A stretch of DNA of 64,000 bases from an uncultured Gemmatimonadales bacterium (GTDB taxonomy: Bacteria > Gemmatimonadota > Gemmatimonadetes > Longimicrobiales > RSA9). The DNA lies in NCBI GenBank assembly GCA_963708135.1, contig OY970192.1, positions 4,480,001-4,544,000 on the forward strand, read 5' to 3'. The notes under the pieces were generated by a model. The model did no database searches and had not been told where the DNA came from. It worked only from the letters and a program-made list of their open reading frames with translations. Positions 55,157 to 64,000 of this stretch are shown piece after piece; positions within the stretch are counted from its first letter, which is position 1, and every line of letters begins with the position of its first letter. Both the position numbers and the translations under genes were made by a program.

Positions 55157-58100
55157 ATGATGCAACGACCCTGGTCCGACCGTGCGCGCGGGACCTGGCG
55201 CGCGCTGCTCGCCTCGGCGCTCCTCGCCGCCCTCGCCGCACCGGCGGTCCGCGCCCAGCAGCCCCCGGCCATGCGCTACGACAGCAGCATGTTCAGGGGG
55301 CTCGAGTGGCGCAACGTCGGCCCGGACCGCGGCGGCCGCTCCACCGCGGTGGCCGGCAGCGCGGCGCGCCCGAACGAGTACTACTTCGGCGCGACTGGGG
55401 GTGGGGTGTGGAAGACGACCGATGGCGGCACCACGTGGAAGCCCGTGTCCGACAAGTACTTCCATAGCTCGTCCGTGGGCTCGCTCGCCGTCTGCGAGCA
55501 GAACCCCGACGTCGTCTACGCCGGCATGGGCGAGACCGAGCTGCGCGGCAACATCATGCAGGGTGATGGCGTCTACAAGACCACCGACGGCGGCAAGACC
55601 TGGAAGCACATGGGTCTCGAGAACAGCCAGGCCATTGGCATCATCCGCGTCCTGCCCGGCGGCTGCGACGACGTCTACGCCGCCGTCTTCGGCCACCCCT
55701 ACGGCAAGAGCGACGTCCGCGGCATCTACCACTCGACGGATGGCGGCAGCACCTGGACGAAGTCCCTCTACCGGAACGACCAGACCGGCGCCATCGACCT
55801 CGCGGTCGATCCCGCCGACCCGCACACCCTCTATGCCGCGCTCTGGGACGCGCAGCGTACCCCGTGGTCGCTCTCGAGCGGCGGCCCCGGCAGCGGCATC
55901 TTCAAGACCACGGACGGCGGCGCGCAGTGGACGGAGATCACCCGCAACCACGGCCTGCCGCAGGGCGTGATCGGCAAGATCGGCCTCGCCGTCTCGCCCG
56001 TGGACCACGACCGCGTCTGGGCGCTGATCGAGGCCCGCGACGGCGGGCTGTTCCGCTCCGACGACGCCGGCAAGACCTGGCAGAAAGTGAACGACGAGCA
56101 GAAGATCCGGCAGCGGGCCTTCTACTACAGCCGCATCTACGCCGACCCGAAGGACAAGGACCGCGTCTACGCCCTGAACGTCGGCATGTCGCGCTCCGAC
56201 GATGCCGGCAAGACCTTCAAGAAGAACATCCGTCCGCCGCACGGCGACAACCACAAGCTGTGGATCGCGCCGAACGACCCGGACCGCATGATCGAATCCA
56301 ACGACGGCGGCGCCACGGTCTCGCTGAACGGCGGCGACACCTGGACGGCCGAGGACTACCCGACCGCCCAGCTCTACCATGTCATCCTGGACAACCACCA
56401 GCCCTACCGCGTATGCGGCGCGCAGCAGGACAACAGCACCATCTGCGTGCCCGGCAAGGACTGGCGCTTCAAGGAGGCGGCCGCCCCCTACATGTATTCC
56501 GTCGGCGGCGGCGAGAGCGGCTACATCGCCAACCTGCCGAACGACCCCGACATCTACCTGGCCGGCAGCTACGGTGGCGATCTCTCCGTCTTCAACTACG
56601 CCAACGGGCAGGAGCGCGCGGTCAATCCCTGGCCGGACAATCCCATGGGGTACTCGTCCAAGGACATCGCGGAGCGCTTCCAGTGGACGTTCCCGATCAT
56701 CGTGGATCCGCGCCACCCGAACACCATCTACGCCAGCTCGCAGCACGTCTGGAAGACCACGGACCTGGGCCAGTCGTGGCAGAAGATCAGCCCCGACCTG
56801 ACCCGCCACGAGCCGAAGACGATGCAGGCGTCCGGCGGCCCGATCACGCTCGACCAGTCCGGCGTCGAGACCTATGCCACCGTCTTCACCCTCGCGCCCT
56901 CGAAGCTCGAGGACGGCCTCATCTGGAGCGGCTCCGACGACGGGCTGGTCTACCTCACCCGCGATGCCGGCAAGAGCTGGAGCAACGTCACGCCGCCCGA
57001 CCTGCCGGAGTTCTCGCGCATCTCGCTCATCGAGGCCTCGCCCCACCAGGCCGGCACGGCCTTCGTGGCCGCCAACCGCTACCAGCTCGATGACCTCGGC
57101 GTCTACATCTACCGCACGGATGACTACGGCAGGACCTGGACGAAGATCACCGACGGCATCGCCGCCGGCGACTTCGCCCGCGTCGTCCGCGAGGACCTGA
57201 AGCAGCCCGGCCTCCTCTACGCCGGCACCGAGCACGGCTTCTACGTATCACGCGACGACGGCGCCCACTGGCAGTCGCTCTCACTCGACCTGCCGGATAC
57301 GCAGGTCCCCGACATCGCGCTGACCGACAACGACATCGTCATCGCCACCCACGGCCGCTCCTTCTACATCCTCGACGGCGGCGCCTCCATGCTGCGCCAG
57401 ATGACGCCCGCCGTGGCCGCGGCCGATGTCCACCTCTTCGACCCCGTGGATCCCGTCCGCGGCGTGGACGGCGACGCCTCCTTCTACTACAAGCTCGAGA
57501 AGCCGGCGCAGCAGCTCTCGCTCGACGTGCTCGACGCCCGGGGCCAGGTTATCCGCAGCTTCCAGACGACCGCCGACCACAAGGAGCCGAAGCGCGAGGC
57601 CGGCGGCGGCGGCTTCTTCCGCCGCGGCCAGTCCGCCTTCCCGCCCGACAAGGCCGGGCTCAATCACTTCACCTGGGACCTGCGCTACCCCGCGCCGGAC
57701 ACCTTCCCCGGCATGATCATGTGGGCCGCGCGCGCCGCGGGCCCCACCGCGCCTCCCGGCGGCTACCAGGTCCGCCTCGTCGCCGACGGCAAGACGCAGA
57801 CGCAGCCGTTCACCATCACGCTCGACCCGCGCGTGAAGGGCGTCACCGCGGCCGACCTCCAGGCGCAGTTCGACCTGGCCATGAAGATCCGCGACAAGAC
57901 CGACCAGGCCAACGACGCCGTGCTGCTCATCCGCGGCATCAAGCAGCAGATCGACGACCGGCTCGAGAAGACGAAGGACGCGGGACTCACCCGCCAGGCC
58001 AGGGCCTTCGAGGACCAGCTCGGCGCCATCGAGCAGGAGATCTACCAGGTCCGCAGCCACGCCAGCGAGGACCCGCTCAACTTCCCGATCAAGCTGAACA

Positions 58101-58342
58101 ACAGGATCGCCGCGTTGCAGGGCGTCGTCGAAAGCGCCGACACCCGCCCGACCGCGCAGTCCTACACCATCTTCCAGGCCCTCTCGGCCAGCCTGGATAC
58201 CCAGCTCGCCGCGCTCGACAGGACGATCGGCGCCGGCCTGCCGAAGCTCAACGCCGCCCTCCAGGCCAAGGGCCTCGCCCCCGTCGAGAAGAAGCCCCTC
58301 GACATGTCGAAATCCGACAAGGTGGCCGAGGAAGCCAACTGA
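55157..58342 (+). CDS. Secreted VPS10/BNR (Asp-box) beta-propeller glycosyl hydrolase-like protein with helical C-terminus
   Basis: WRNVGPDRGGRS, repeated TTDGGxTW boxes, GAQQDNS, ATHGRSFY, WDLRYP. Confidence 0.88.
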   Translation: MMQRPWSDRARGTWRALLASALLAALAAPAVRAQQPPAMRYDSSMFRGLEWRNVGPDRGGRSTAVAGSAARPNEYYFGATGGGVWKTTDGGTTWKPVSDKYFHSSSVGSLAVCEQNPDVVYAGMGETELRGNIMQGDGVYKTTDGGKTWKHMGLENSQAIGIIRVLPGGCDDVYAAVFGHPYGKSDVRGIYHSTDGGSTWTKSLYRNDQTGAIDLAVDPADPHTLYAALWDAQRTPWSLSSGGPGSGIFKTTDGGAQWTEITRNHGLPQGVIGKIGLAVSPVDHDRVWALIEARDGGLFRSDDAGKTWQKVNDEQKIRQRAFYYSRIYADPKDKDRVYALNVGMSRSDDAGKTFKKNIRPPHGDNHKLWIAPNDPDRMIESNDGGATVSLNGGDTWTAEDYPTAQLYHVILDNHQPYRVCGAQQDNSTICVPGKDWRFKEAAAPYMYSVGGGESGYIANLPNDPDIYLAGSYGGDLSVFNYANGQERAVNPWPDNPMGYSSKDIAERFQWTFPIIVDPRHPNTIYASSQHVWKTTDLGQSWQKISPDLTRHEPKTMQASGGPITLDQSGVETYATVFTLAPSKLEDGLIWSGSDDGLVYLTRDAGKSWSNVTPPDLPEFSRISLIEASPHQAGTAFVAANRYQLDDLGVYIYRTDDYGRTWTKITDGIAAGDFARVVREDLKQPGLLYAGTEHGFYVSRDDGAHWQSLSLDLPDTQVPDIALTDNDIVIATHGRSFYILDGGASMLRQMTPAVAAADVHLFDPVDPVRGVDGDASFYYKLEKPAQQLSLDVLDARGQVIRSFQTTADHKEPKREAGGGGFFRRGQSAFPPDKAGLNHFTWDLRYPAPDTFPGMIMWAARAAGPTAPPGGYQVRLVADGKTQTQPFTITLDPRVKGVTAADLQAQFDLAMKIRDKTDQANDAVLLIRGIKQQIDDRLEKTKDAGLTRQARAFEDQLGAIEQEIYQVRSHASEDPLNFPIKLNNRIAALQGVVESADTRPTAQSYTIFQALSASLDTQLAALDRTIGAGLPKLNAALQAKGLAPVEKKPLDMSKSDKVAEEAN

Positions 58343-58365
58343 CCTGACGGGATGCGGGATGCGGG

Positions 58366-58391
58366 TGCGGGGTGCGTCCCCGCACCCCGCA
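58366..58391. terminator. GC hairpin between convergent genes (possible terminator)
   Basis: Perfect 11-bp stem TGCGGGGTGCG-tccc-CGCACCCCGCA; no U-tract. Confidence 0.4.
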
Positions 58392-58410
58392 GTCCCCGAA
58401 TCCCGAGCCC

Positions 58411-59622
58411 CTACTCATACCTCAACGCCAGAATCGGCTCCATCCCCGCGGCCCGCCGCGCCGGCCACAGCCCGAACACCAGCCCCACCGCGGACGCGAA
58501 GGCGAGGGCCGCGAGCGCGGCCGCCGGCGCCACCGTCGTGTTCCAGCCCGCCACCCGGTGCAGCAGCCACGCGCCGCCGCCGCCCAGCCCCAGGCCGAGG
58601 ACCCCGCCCGCCGTGCACAGCACCAGCGCCTCCACCATGAACTGGAGCAGGATGTCCCTCCGGCGCGCGCCGAGGGCCTTGCGGACCCCGATCTCGCGCG
58701 TCCGCTCCGTCACCGAGACGAGCATGATGTTCATGATCCCGATCCCGCCCACGACCAGCGAGACGAGCGCGATCCCCGCCAGCAGCATCGAGAACGTCTT
58801 CGTCGTCTCCTGGAACGTGGACATGAGCGCCGCCTGGTTGCGGATCGTGAAGTCGTCGTCCGCTCCCGGCCGGATGCGGTGCTCCCGGCGTAGCGCGTGG
58901 TCGATCTCGGCCGTGGCCGCATCCATCGACTTCTCGTCCACGGCCTGCACGTCGATCTGGCTCAGGCGGTCCGACCCGAACACCCGGAACTGCGCCGTCG
59001 CGAGCGGGATGTAGACCATCTCATCCGGGCTCATCCACCCCTGCGACCCCTTGGAGTCGAGCACGCCCACCACCTGGAACGGGATCCCCCGGATCCGGAT
59101 CTCCTGCCCCACCAGGTCGGCGCTGCTCGCCGCGCCCAGCATCCCGCCCACGCTCGAGCCCACCACCGCCACCCGCTGCCGCCCGCGCTCCTCCTGCTGC
59201 GTGAACGAGCGCCCCGCCGCCAGCCCCGAGTTGTTGATGGCGAAGTACGACGGCCACGTGCCCAGCACCGTCGCGCTCGCATTGCCCCCGCCGAAGTCGA
59301 CCTGCAGCCGCTTCTGCATCTCCGGCGCGACGGCCTTCACCGCCACCGGATCCTTCGCCAGCGCGTCCGCATCCGCCGCCGTCAACCTGGCGTTGCCCCG
59401 GTCCACGCCACCCGCGAACTGCTGCCCCGGCCGGACCGTCAGCACGTTCGTGCCCAGCTGCGACAGCCGGTCCTGCACCGAGCGCTGTGCACCCTGACCC
59501 AACGCCATCATCGCGATCACCGCTGCGATGCCGATGATGATGCCCAGCATCGTGAGGAATGAGCGCAGCTTGTTTGCCCGCACCGCGTCGAGCGCGACCT
59601 TAAGGATCTCCCTGGTCTCCAT
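58411..59622 (-). CDS. MacB-type ABC transporter permease
   Basis: NKLRSFLTMLGIIIG, VGGIGIMNIMLVSVTERTREIGVRKALGA, FGLWPARRAA. Confidence 0.95.
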   Translation of the reverse strand: METREILKVALDAVRANKLRSFLTMLGIIIGIAAVIAMMALGQGAQRSVQDRLSQLGTNVLTVRPGQQFAGGVDRGNARLTAADADALAKDPVAVKAVAPEMQKRLQVDFGGGNASATVLGTWPSYFAINNSGLAAGRSFTQQEERGRQRVAVVGSSVGGMLGAASSADLVGQEIRIRGIPFQVVGVLDSKGSQGWMSPDEMVYIPLATAQFRVFGSDRLSQIDVQAVDEKSMDAATAEIDHALRREHRIRPGADDDFTIRNQAALMSTFQETTKTFSMLLAGIALVSLVVGGIGIMNIMLVSVTERTREIGVRKALGARRRDILLQFMVEALVLCTAGGVLGLGLGGGGAWLLHRVAGWNTTVAPAAALAALAFASAVGLVFGLWPARRAAGMEPILALRYE

Positions 59623-59635
59623 GATGCCCCGCTCC

Positions 59636-60970
59636 TCAGCCGCGCGCGCCGAGCATGCCGCCCGCGCGCTGCTTCATCCGGTCCTGCTGCGCCGCCTGCT
59701 CTCCCTGCAGCCGCGCGCTCGTCGCCAGCACCACCCGCTCACCCGGCCGAAGCCCCGACACCACCTGCGTGTAGTCCAGGTCGTTCAGCCCCAGCATCAC
59801 GTGCCGCGCCTGCGTGCCCATCGCCGTCTGGACGAACACGACCCCCGCGTGCGCGCCCGCCGCTCCCGCGACATCGCCGCCCACGCTGCCCTGCGCCGCC
59901 GACCCGGCGCCGGCGGCGCCGCGCCGTGCCGCACCGCCCGCCGCCGCGCCGCCACCCCCGTGGCCGCTCGCCTGCGCCTGCTCGGACCCGCCGCCCGCGG
60001 CGACGCCCAGCGCCTCGGCCACCGTGCGCACGTCCTTCGGCGCGACCACGGCGTCGTTCGGGACCACCACCGCGTCCTGCACGTCCGCGATCTGGATCTG
60101 CACGTCCGCGCTCATCCCCGGCTTGATCAGCCCCTCGCGGTTGTCCATCTCCACGAGCACCGGGAACATGGTCACGTTCTGGTCAACCACCGCCTGCGGC
60201 TCCACCTTCGCCACCGTGCCGGTGAAGCTCCGGCCCGGGTACGCCTCCACGCTCACGCGCGCCCGCTGCCCGGGCTGGATCCGTCCGATGTCCGTCTCAT
60301 CGACGAGCGTCCGGATCTGGATCCGCGACAGGTCCGCCATCGTGAACAACGTCGTGCCGCCCGACACGGTCTGGCTCGCCGACGCGATGATCTGCCCCGG
60401 CGCCACGTCGCGCTCCAGGATCGTCCCGGCGATCGGCGCGGTGATCGTCACGTCGCCCAGCTTCTCCCGCGCGAGCGCCGCGTTCGTCTGCGCCTTCACC
60501 AGGTCCGCCTGCGCGCTCGCCGCGCCCAGCACCGCCGCCTCGTACTCGTCCTGCGTGATGACCTCGTCCTTGCGCATGAGCTCCGCGCGCTGCTTCTGCG
60601 CGTTGGCGGTCTGCACCTTCACCCGCGCCGCCTGCAGGTCCGCATCCGCCTGCGCCGCCGCGTTCCGCACGTCCCGCGGGTCGATCTCCGCCAGCACGGA
60701 GCCGGCCTTCACCTGCTGCCCCGTCTCCACGTTGAGCGCCGTCACCTCGCCCGACGCCCGGGACTTGACCTCGACCACCTGCAGCGGCTCCGCCGTTCCC
60801 GACGCCTCGGCGGTCACCGACAGCGTCCGCTGCTGGACCGCAACGACGGTGGCGGGCGTGGCCGCCTGCGCGGAGCCCGGATGCGACAGGTGGGAACCCA
60901 CCAGCCACGCCAGGGCGCCGACCACCGGTGCGGCCGCCGCCGTCCATTTCCTTCCACGGGTCCACATCAT
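59636..60970 (-). CDS. Efflux periplasmic adaptor (MacA/HlyD-type MFP)
   Basis: VEVKSRASGEV, ITAPIAGTI, VDETDIG, LIKPGMSA, VSGLRPGE. Confidence 0.92.
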   Translation of the reverse strand: MMWTRGRKWTAAAAPVVGALAWLVGSHLSHPGSAQAATPATVVAVQQRTLSVTAEASGTAEPLQVVEVKSRASGEVTALNVETGQQVKAGSVLAEIDPRDVRNAAAQADADLQAARVKVQTANAQKQRAELMRKDEVITQDEYEAAVLGAASAQADLVKAQTNAALAREKLGDVTITAPIAGTILERDVAPGQIIASASQTVSGGTTLFTMADLSRIQIRTLVDETDIGRIQPGQRARVSVEAYPGRSFTGTVAKVEPQAVVDQNVTMFPVLVEMDNREGLIKPGMSADVQIQIADVQDAVVVPNDAVVAPKDVRTVAEALGVAAGGGSEQAQASGHGGGGAAAGGAARRGAAGAGSAAQGSVGGDVAGAAGAHAGVVFVQTAMGTQARHVMLGLNDLDYTQVVSGLRPGERVVLATSARLQGEQAAQQDRMKQRAGGMLGARG

Positions 60971-61172
60971 CACGCCACCTCCCTCCGCTCCGGTGCGGCG
61001 CTACCGCGCTCGTCCCGGGCAATGAGTCCGTCCTTCAGGAAGATCTGCCGGTGCGCGTGCGCCGCGATGTCCGGCTCGTGCGTCACGAGCACGATCGTCT
61101 GCCCGCCCTCGCGCCGAGCGCGTACTCCTTCGAAAGCCGCTCCGTCCGGATCACCGCCGCCGGCTCGCTCAT
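60970..61172 (-). pseudogene. MacB/LolD-type ABC ATPase gene with a large out-of-frame internal deletion
   Basis: ATG 61172 gives [20 protein letters not shown]; another frame from about 61110 gives [34 protein letters not shown]...* . Walker A, signature and Walker B are absent; 203 bp in total. Confidence 0.9.
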
Positions 61173-62494
61173 AGCGACCTCCCCGCCAGCGCCTCGACCT
61201 GCGCCCGCGCGATCTGATAGTCGTAGCGCGCGCCCACCAGCTGCGTCTCCGCCTGCGAAAGCGCCGTCTGCGACGTCAGCCGGTCCAGCATCGTGCCGGA
61301 GCCCATGCCGTAGCGTTCCACCTGCACCCTCAGGTCCTCCTGCGCCGCCGCCACCGCCTTCTCCCCCAGCGTGATCTGCTGCGCCGCCGTGTTCAGCGTC
61401 GCCAGGTCCTTCGCCAGCTCCGCCGTGGCCGCCCGGTGCGCGTCGGCGAGCTGCGCCTGCGCGGCATCCGCTGCCGACGTCGCCTGGGTCACCTGCGCCT
61501 GCCGCTGGAAGTTGTCGAAGACCGGGATCGACACCCCGAGCCGCAGCGCCCAGCTCGTGTTTCCCCCCGTCAGCACCGGGTCCTGGTTCAGCCAGTCGTA
61601 GCCCGCGCTCACCTTCACCTGCGGCAGGTAGCTCGCCTTCGCCGCGCGCACCGTCGCGTCACCCGCCCGTGCCTGCGCCTCGGCCGCCTGCACCGCCGGA
61701 GCCCGCGCGATGACCAGCGAGTCGAGCTGCGCCGGCGTGAGCGCCAGCGGCTTCACCTCCAGCGACGTCGCCGCCTCCGCCGTGACCGGCCCGCTCGCGG
61801 CGACCAGCCGGCCCAGGGCGTACTCCGCCGTCGTCTGCTGCCCCTCCGCCTGCGCCAGCGACTGCTGCGCCTGCGCCAGCGAGACCTCCGCCCGCAACAC
61901 GTCCGACTTCGTCGCCGAGCCGACCCGCAGCCGCTCCGCGGCCGCCGACTGCGCATCCTCCGCCTGCTTCACCTGGTCCCGGCTCGCCTTCACCAGGTCA
62001 CCAGCGCGCAGCACGTCGTAGAACGCGCTCTGCGCGTCCAGTACCGTCGTCCACCGCTGTGCCGTCAGCCCCGCATCCGCCGCGTCCGACTCCGCCTGCG
62101 CCTTCCGGAGCTCCGCCTTGCGCTGACCGCCATCGTAGACCGTGAGACCCGCCGACAGGCCCGCCGTGTAGGAGTCCGCCGAGCCCGACACCACCGTGCT
62201 CGTCTCCGGGTTCAGCCGCTCAGTGCTCGCCAGCCCCGCCCCCGTGGTCACCGAAAGCGACGGCAGATACGCCCCGATTGCGGCCTTCTCCCCCGCCGCG
62301 GCGTTGTTCACCGCGCCCTGGCTCGACACCATTGCCGGACTCGCGTGCAGCGCCGCGGCCACCACCTCGTCCAGCGTCATCGAGGGCGGCGTCTGCTGCG
62401 CCCAGCCGATCGACGGCAGCACCAGCACCGCGATCAGCGACGCCACCAACGCCGCGGCGAGGATTCCCCTCGCCCGCTTCCCTGTCCTGGTCAT
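61169..62494 (-). CDS. TolC-family outer membrane efflux protein
   Basis: Signal peptide, [39 protein letters not shown]. Confidence 0.9.
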   Translation of the reverse strand: MTRTGKRARGILAAALVASLIAVLVLPSIGWAQQTPPSMTLDEVVAAALHASPAMVSSQGAVNNAAAGEKAAIGAYLPSLSVTTGAGLASTERLNPETSTVVSGSADSYTAGLSAGLTVYDGGQRKAELRKAQAESDAADAGLTAQRWTTVLDAQSAFYDVLRAGDLVKASRDQVKQAEDAQSAAAERLRVGSATKSDVLRAEVSLAQAQQSLAQAEGQQTTAEYALGRLVAASGPVTAEAATSLEVKPLALTPAQLDSLVIARAPAVQAAEAQARAGDATVRAAKASYLPQVKVSAGYDWLNQDPVLTGGNTSWALRLGVSIPVFDNFQRQAQVTQATSAADAAQAQLADAHRAATAELAKDLATLNTAAQQITLGEKAVAAAQEDLRVQVERYGMGSGTMLDRLTSQTALSQAETQLVGARYDYQIARAQVEALAGRSL

Positions 62495-62561
62495 CTCCAT
62501 CCTCCCGCCCGGCTTCGCGCCGCCATTGGCCCCCGGGCACATGATGAAGATATTCGGCCGA

Positions 62562-62579
62562 GTTAAACCCTCGATTAAC
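62562..62579 (-). promoter_or_regulatory. 18-bp direct-repeat operator (copy 2) upstream of the tolC-like gene
   Basis: GTTAATCGAGGGTTTAAC followed by TATCTT-CATC; matches 28449-28466. Confidence 0.65.
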
Positions 62580-62724
62580 CAGGAGTTGGGCGTTGGGCGG
62601 CAGGCGCCCGGCTCCGGCCGGACCTCCCCTGCGGGCACAATGGCGGCCGCCGCCCGCCGCGCGCCTACCTTGCCCCGAGCCACCCTCGCCCCCACCCTTC
62701 CGCCATGCCTGGACCGGCAACGCC

Positions 62725-63741
62725 ATGACCGCCTTGCTCGTCTTCCTCGACGGCCTCGGCCTGGGTGAGGCCGACCCGGCGGTCAATCCCGTGGCGGCCG
62801 CCCGCCTGCCCTGCCTCCGTGCGCTGCTCGGCGGTGCCCGGCCGCTCCTCCCGGATGCCGGCGCGGCGGGCCCCGGCGCGACCCTCCTCGCCCTCGACGC
62901 GCTTCTGGGCGTGCACGGCCTCCCGCAGAGCGGGACCGGCCAGGCCGCGCTGCTCACCGGCCGGAACGCTCCCGCCCTCTTCGGCCGCCATTTCGGCCCC
63001 TGGGTCCCGGTCGCCCTGCGCCCGCTCGTCGCCCGGCAGAGCATCCTCGCCCGCACCCTCGCCGCCGGCCGCGGCGCCGCGTTCGCCAACGCCTACCCGG
63101 AGGAGCTGCTCGCCGCGACCGAGGCGGCTGACCCGCCGGGGGCGCCCAAGCCAGAGCGAGGATCGGCCCCCGCGGCGCCATCGGCGGAAGCGGAGGCGGT
63201 GAACGCGCGCCTGCGCCGCCTGCCCGGTCCATTGCGCGCCGGCCCACCGCTGGCCGCCCTGGCAGCGGGGCTGCTCACCCGTCACACCGACGCGCTCCGA
63301 AATGGCGATGCCGTGGCAAGCGAGATCGACAACGAGGGCTGGAGAGAGCGGCTGGGAAGGAGGGACCTGCCGGTCGTGACGCCGCAGCAGGCCGGGGCGA
63401 CGCTCGCGCGCATCACCGCCGGGCACGACATGACGCTCTTCGCGCACTACAGCCTGGACTACATCGGTCACCGCGGCGGGTTCGATGAGGCCGTGGCCGC
63501 GCTCGAGCGGGTGGACGCCTTCCTCGGCGGCCTCGTCGAGGCACTGCCGCCGGACGCGCTACTCGTCGTGGCCGCCGACCACGGCAACATCGAGGATGTT
63601 CGCACCGAGCACACGAGGAATCCGGCCCTGGGATTGGTGGCCGGGCTGGGAAGGGAGCGAGCCGCCGCCCGCCTGCGTAGCCTCACCGACGTGGCCGGCA
63701 TCCTCCTCGAGGCCGCCGGCGGACCCGCCGCGGGCGGATAA
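62725..63741 (+). CDS. Metalloenzyme (alkaline phosphatase/phosphoglycerate mutase superfamily)
   Basis: VFLDGLGLG, LPQSGTGQ, DYIGH, ADHGNIED, HTRNP. Confidence 0.85.
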   Translation: MTALLVFLDGLGLGEADPAVNPVAAARLPCLRALLGGARPLLPDAGAAGPGATLLALDALLGVHGLPQSGTGQAALLTGRNAPALFGRHFGPWVPVALRPLVARQSILARTLAAGRGAAFANAYPEELLAATEAADPPGAPKPERGSAPAAPSAEAEAVNARLRRLPGPLRAGPPLAALAAGLLTRHTDALRNGDAVASEIDNEGWRERLGRRDLPVVTPQQAGATLARITAGHDMTLFAHYSLDYIGHRGGFDEAVAALERVDAFLGGLVEALPPDALLVVAADHGNIEDVRTEHTRNPALGLVAGLGRERAAARLRSLTDVAGILLEAAGGPAAGG

Positions 63742-64000
63742 GGCCGCCCTTGGCGCCCGCGCCTAGGTTCCCGCCTGCACCCTGGCCACCCAGGCCACTG
63801 GGGAAGGTTGACGAGCCGGCCGGTGCGCTTGCGCACCTCGAGGACGCCTCGGCGCACCGGTGGCCGGCCTCCGGTAGGACGCCCTGCTGATCGACGCCGC
63901 CAATCAGTAACGTCGAGGAGAATTCCCGTTGCGCAAATGCGGCAACCGGCGCTGAGGCTGGTTGCGGGGAAGGGTACGCGGAGGCGGCCGTCGAACCGCC

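Noticed and set aside
63765..63870. Cobalamin riboswitch-like GCCACTG-GGGAAGG followed by a long GC hairpin
   Set aside because: The rest of the B12 element (GGGAA..GGTG..AA.TCC and the AG.C.G.AGACC box) is missing, and the downstream gene is outside the window.

Overview
High-GC bacterial DNA, probably Gemmatimonadota. That assignment is inferred from protein style (kinase-PD40 and kinase-TPR proteins, TIGR02999-type ECF sigma factors, tandem VPS10/BNR proteins); no database search was run. The window has two parts. (1) About 1-20300 is an accessory mosaic ending at the 3' end of thiC. Intact genes (ECF41 sigma, DUF1080, Tat-exported C45 hydrolase, MFS, ggt, amidase, Ser/Thr kinase-PD40, PhnB-like VOC) alternate with several deletion scars: an ECF N-terminus joined to a TPR C-terminus, a CMD/AhpD C-terminal stump behind an intact ECF41 promoter, an amidohydrolase fused in frame to a DUF3626-like domain, and two divergent genes joined head to head. 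A 49-bp synonymously diverged copy of the thiC Fe-S motif lies about 4.7 kb downstream of the matching thiC segment. (2) About 20340-64000 is mostly core-like: TPP riboswitch-thiC, CPBP protease, sigma54-type promoter-lon, Spy/CpxP with an OmpR-type two-component system, patatin/DUF3376, hutU-hutF, M28 and M50 peptidases, NUDIX, AAA and vWA genes split by mutY, M14 peptidase, mlaEFD, two VPS10-like proteins, and a TolC-MFP-MacB operon whose ATPase gene is internally deleted. Non-coding highlights are an orphan array of 37-bp palindromic repeats with 24-25-nt spacers, an 18-bp motif shared by the spy and tolC promoters 34 kb apart, and a (GGTTTT)6 tract between mutY and the vWA gene. No integrase, transposase, cas gene, reverse transcriptase, tRNA or rRNA was recognised.
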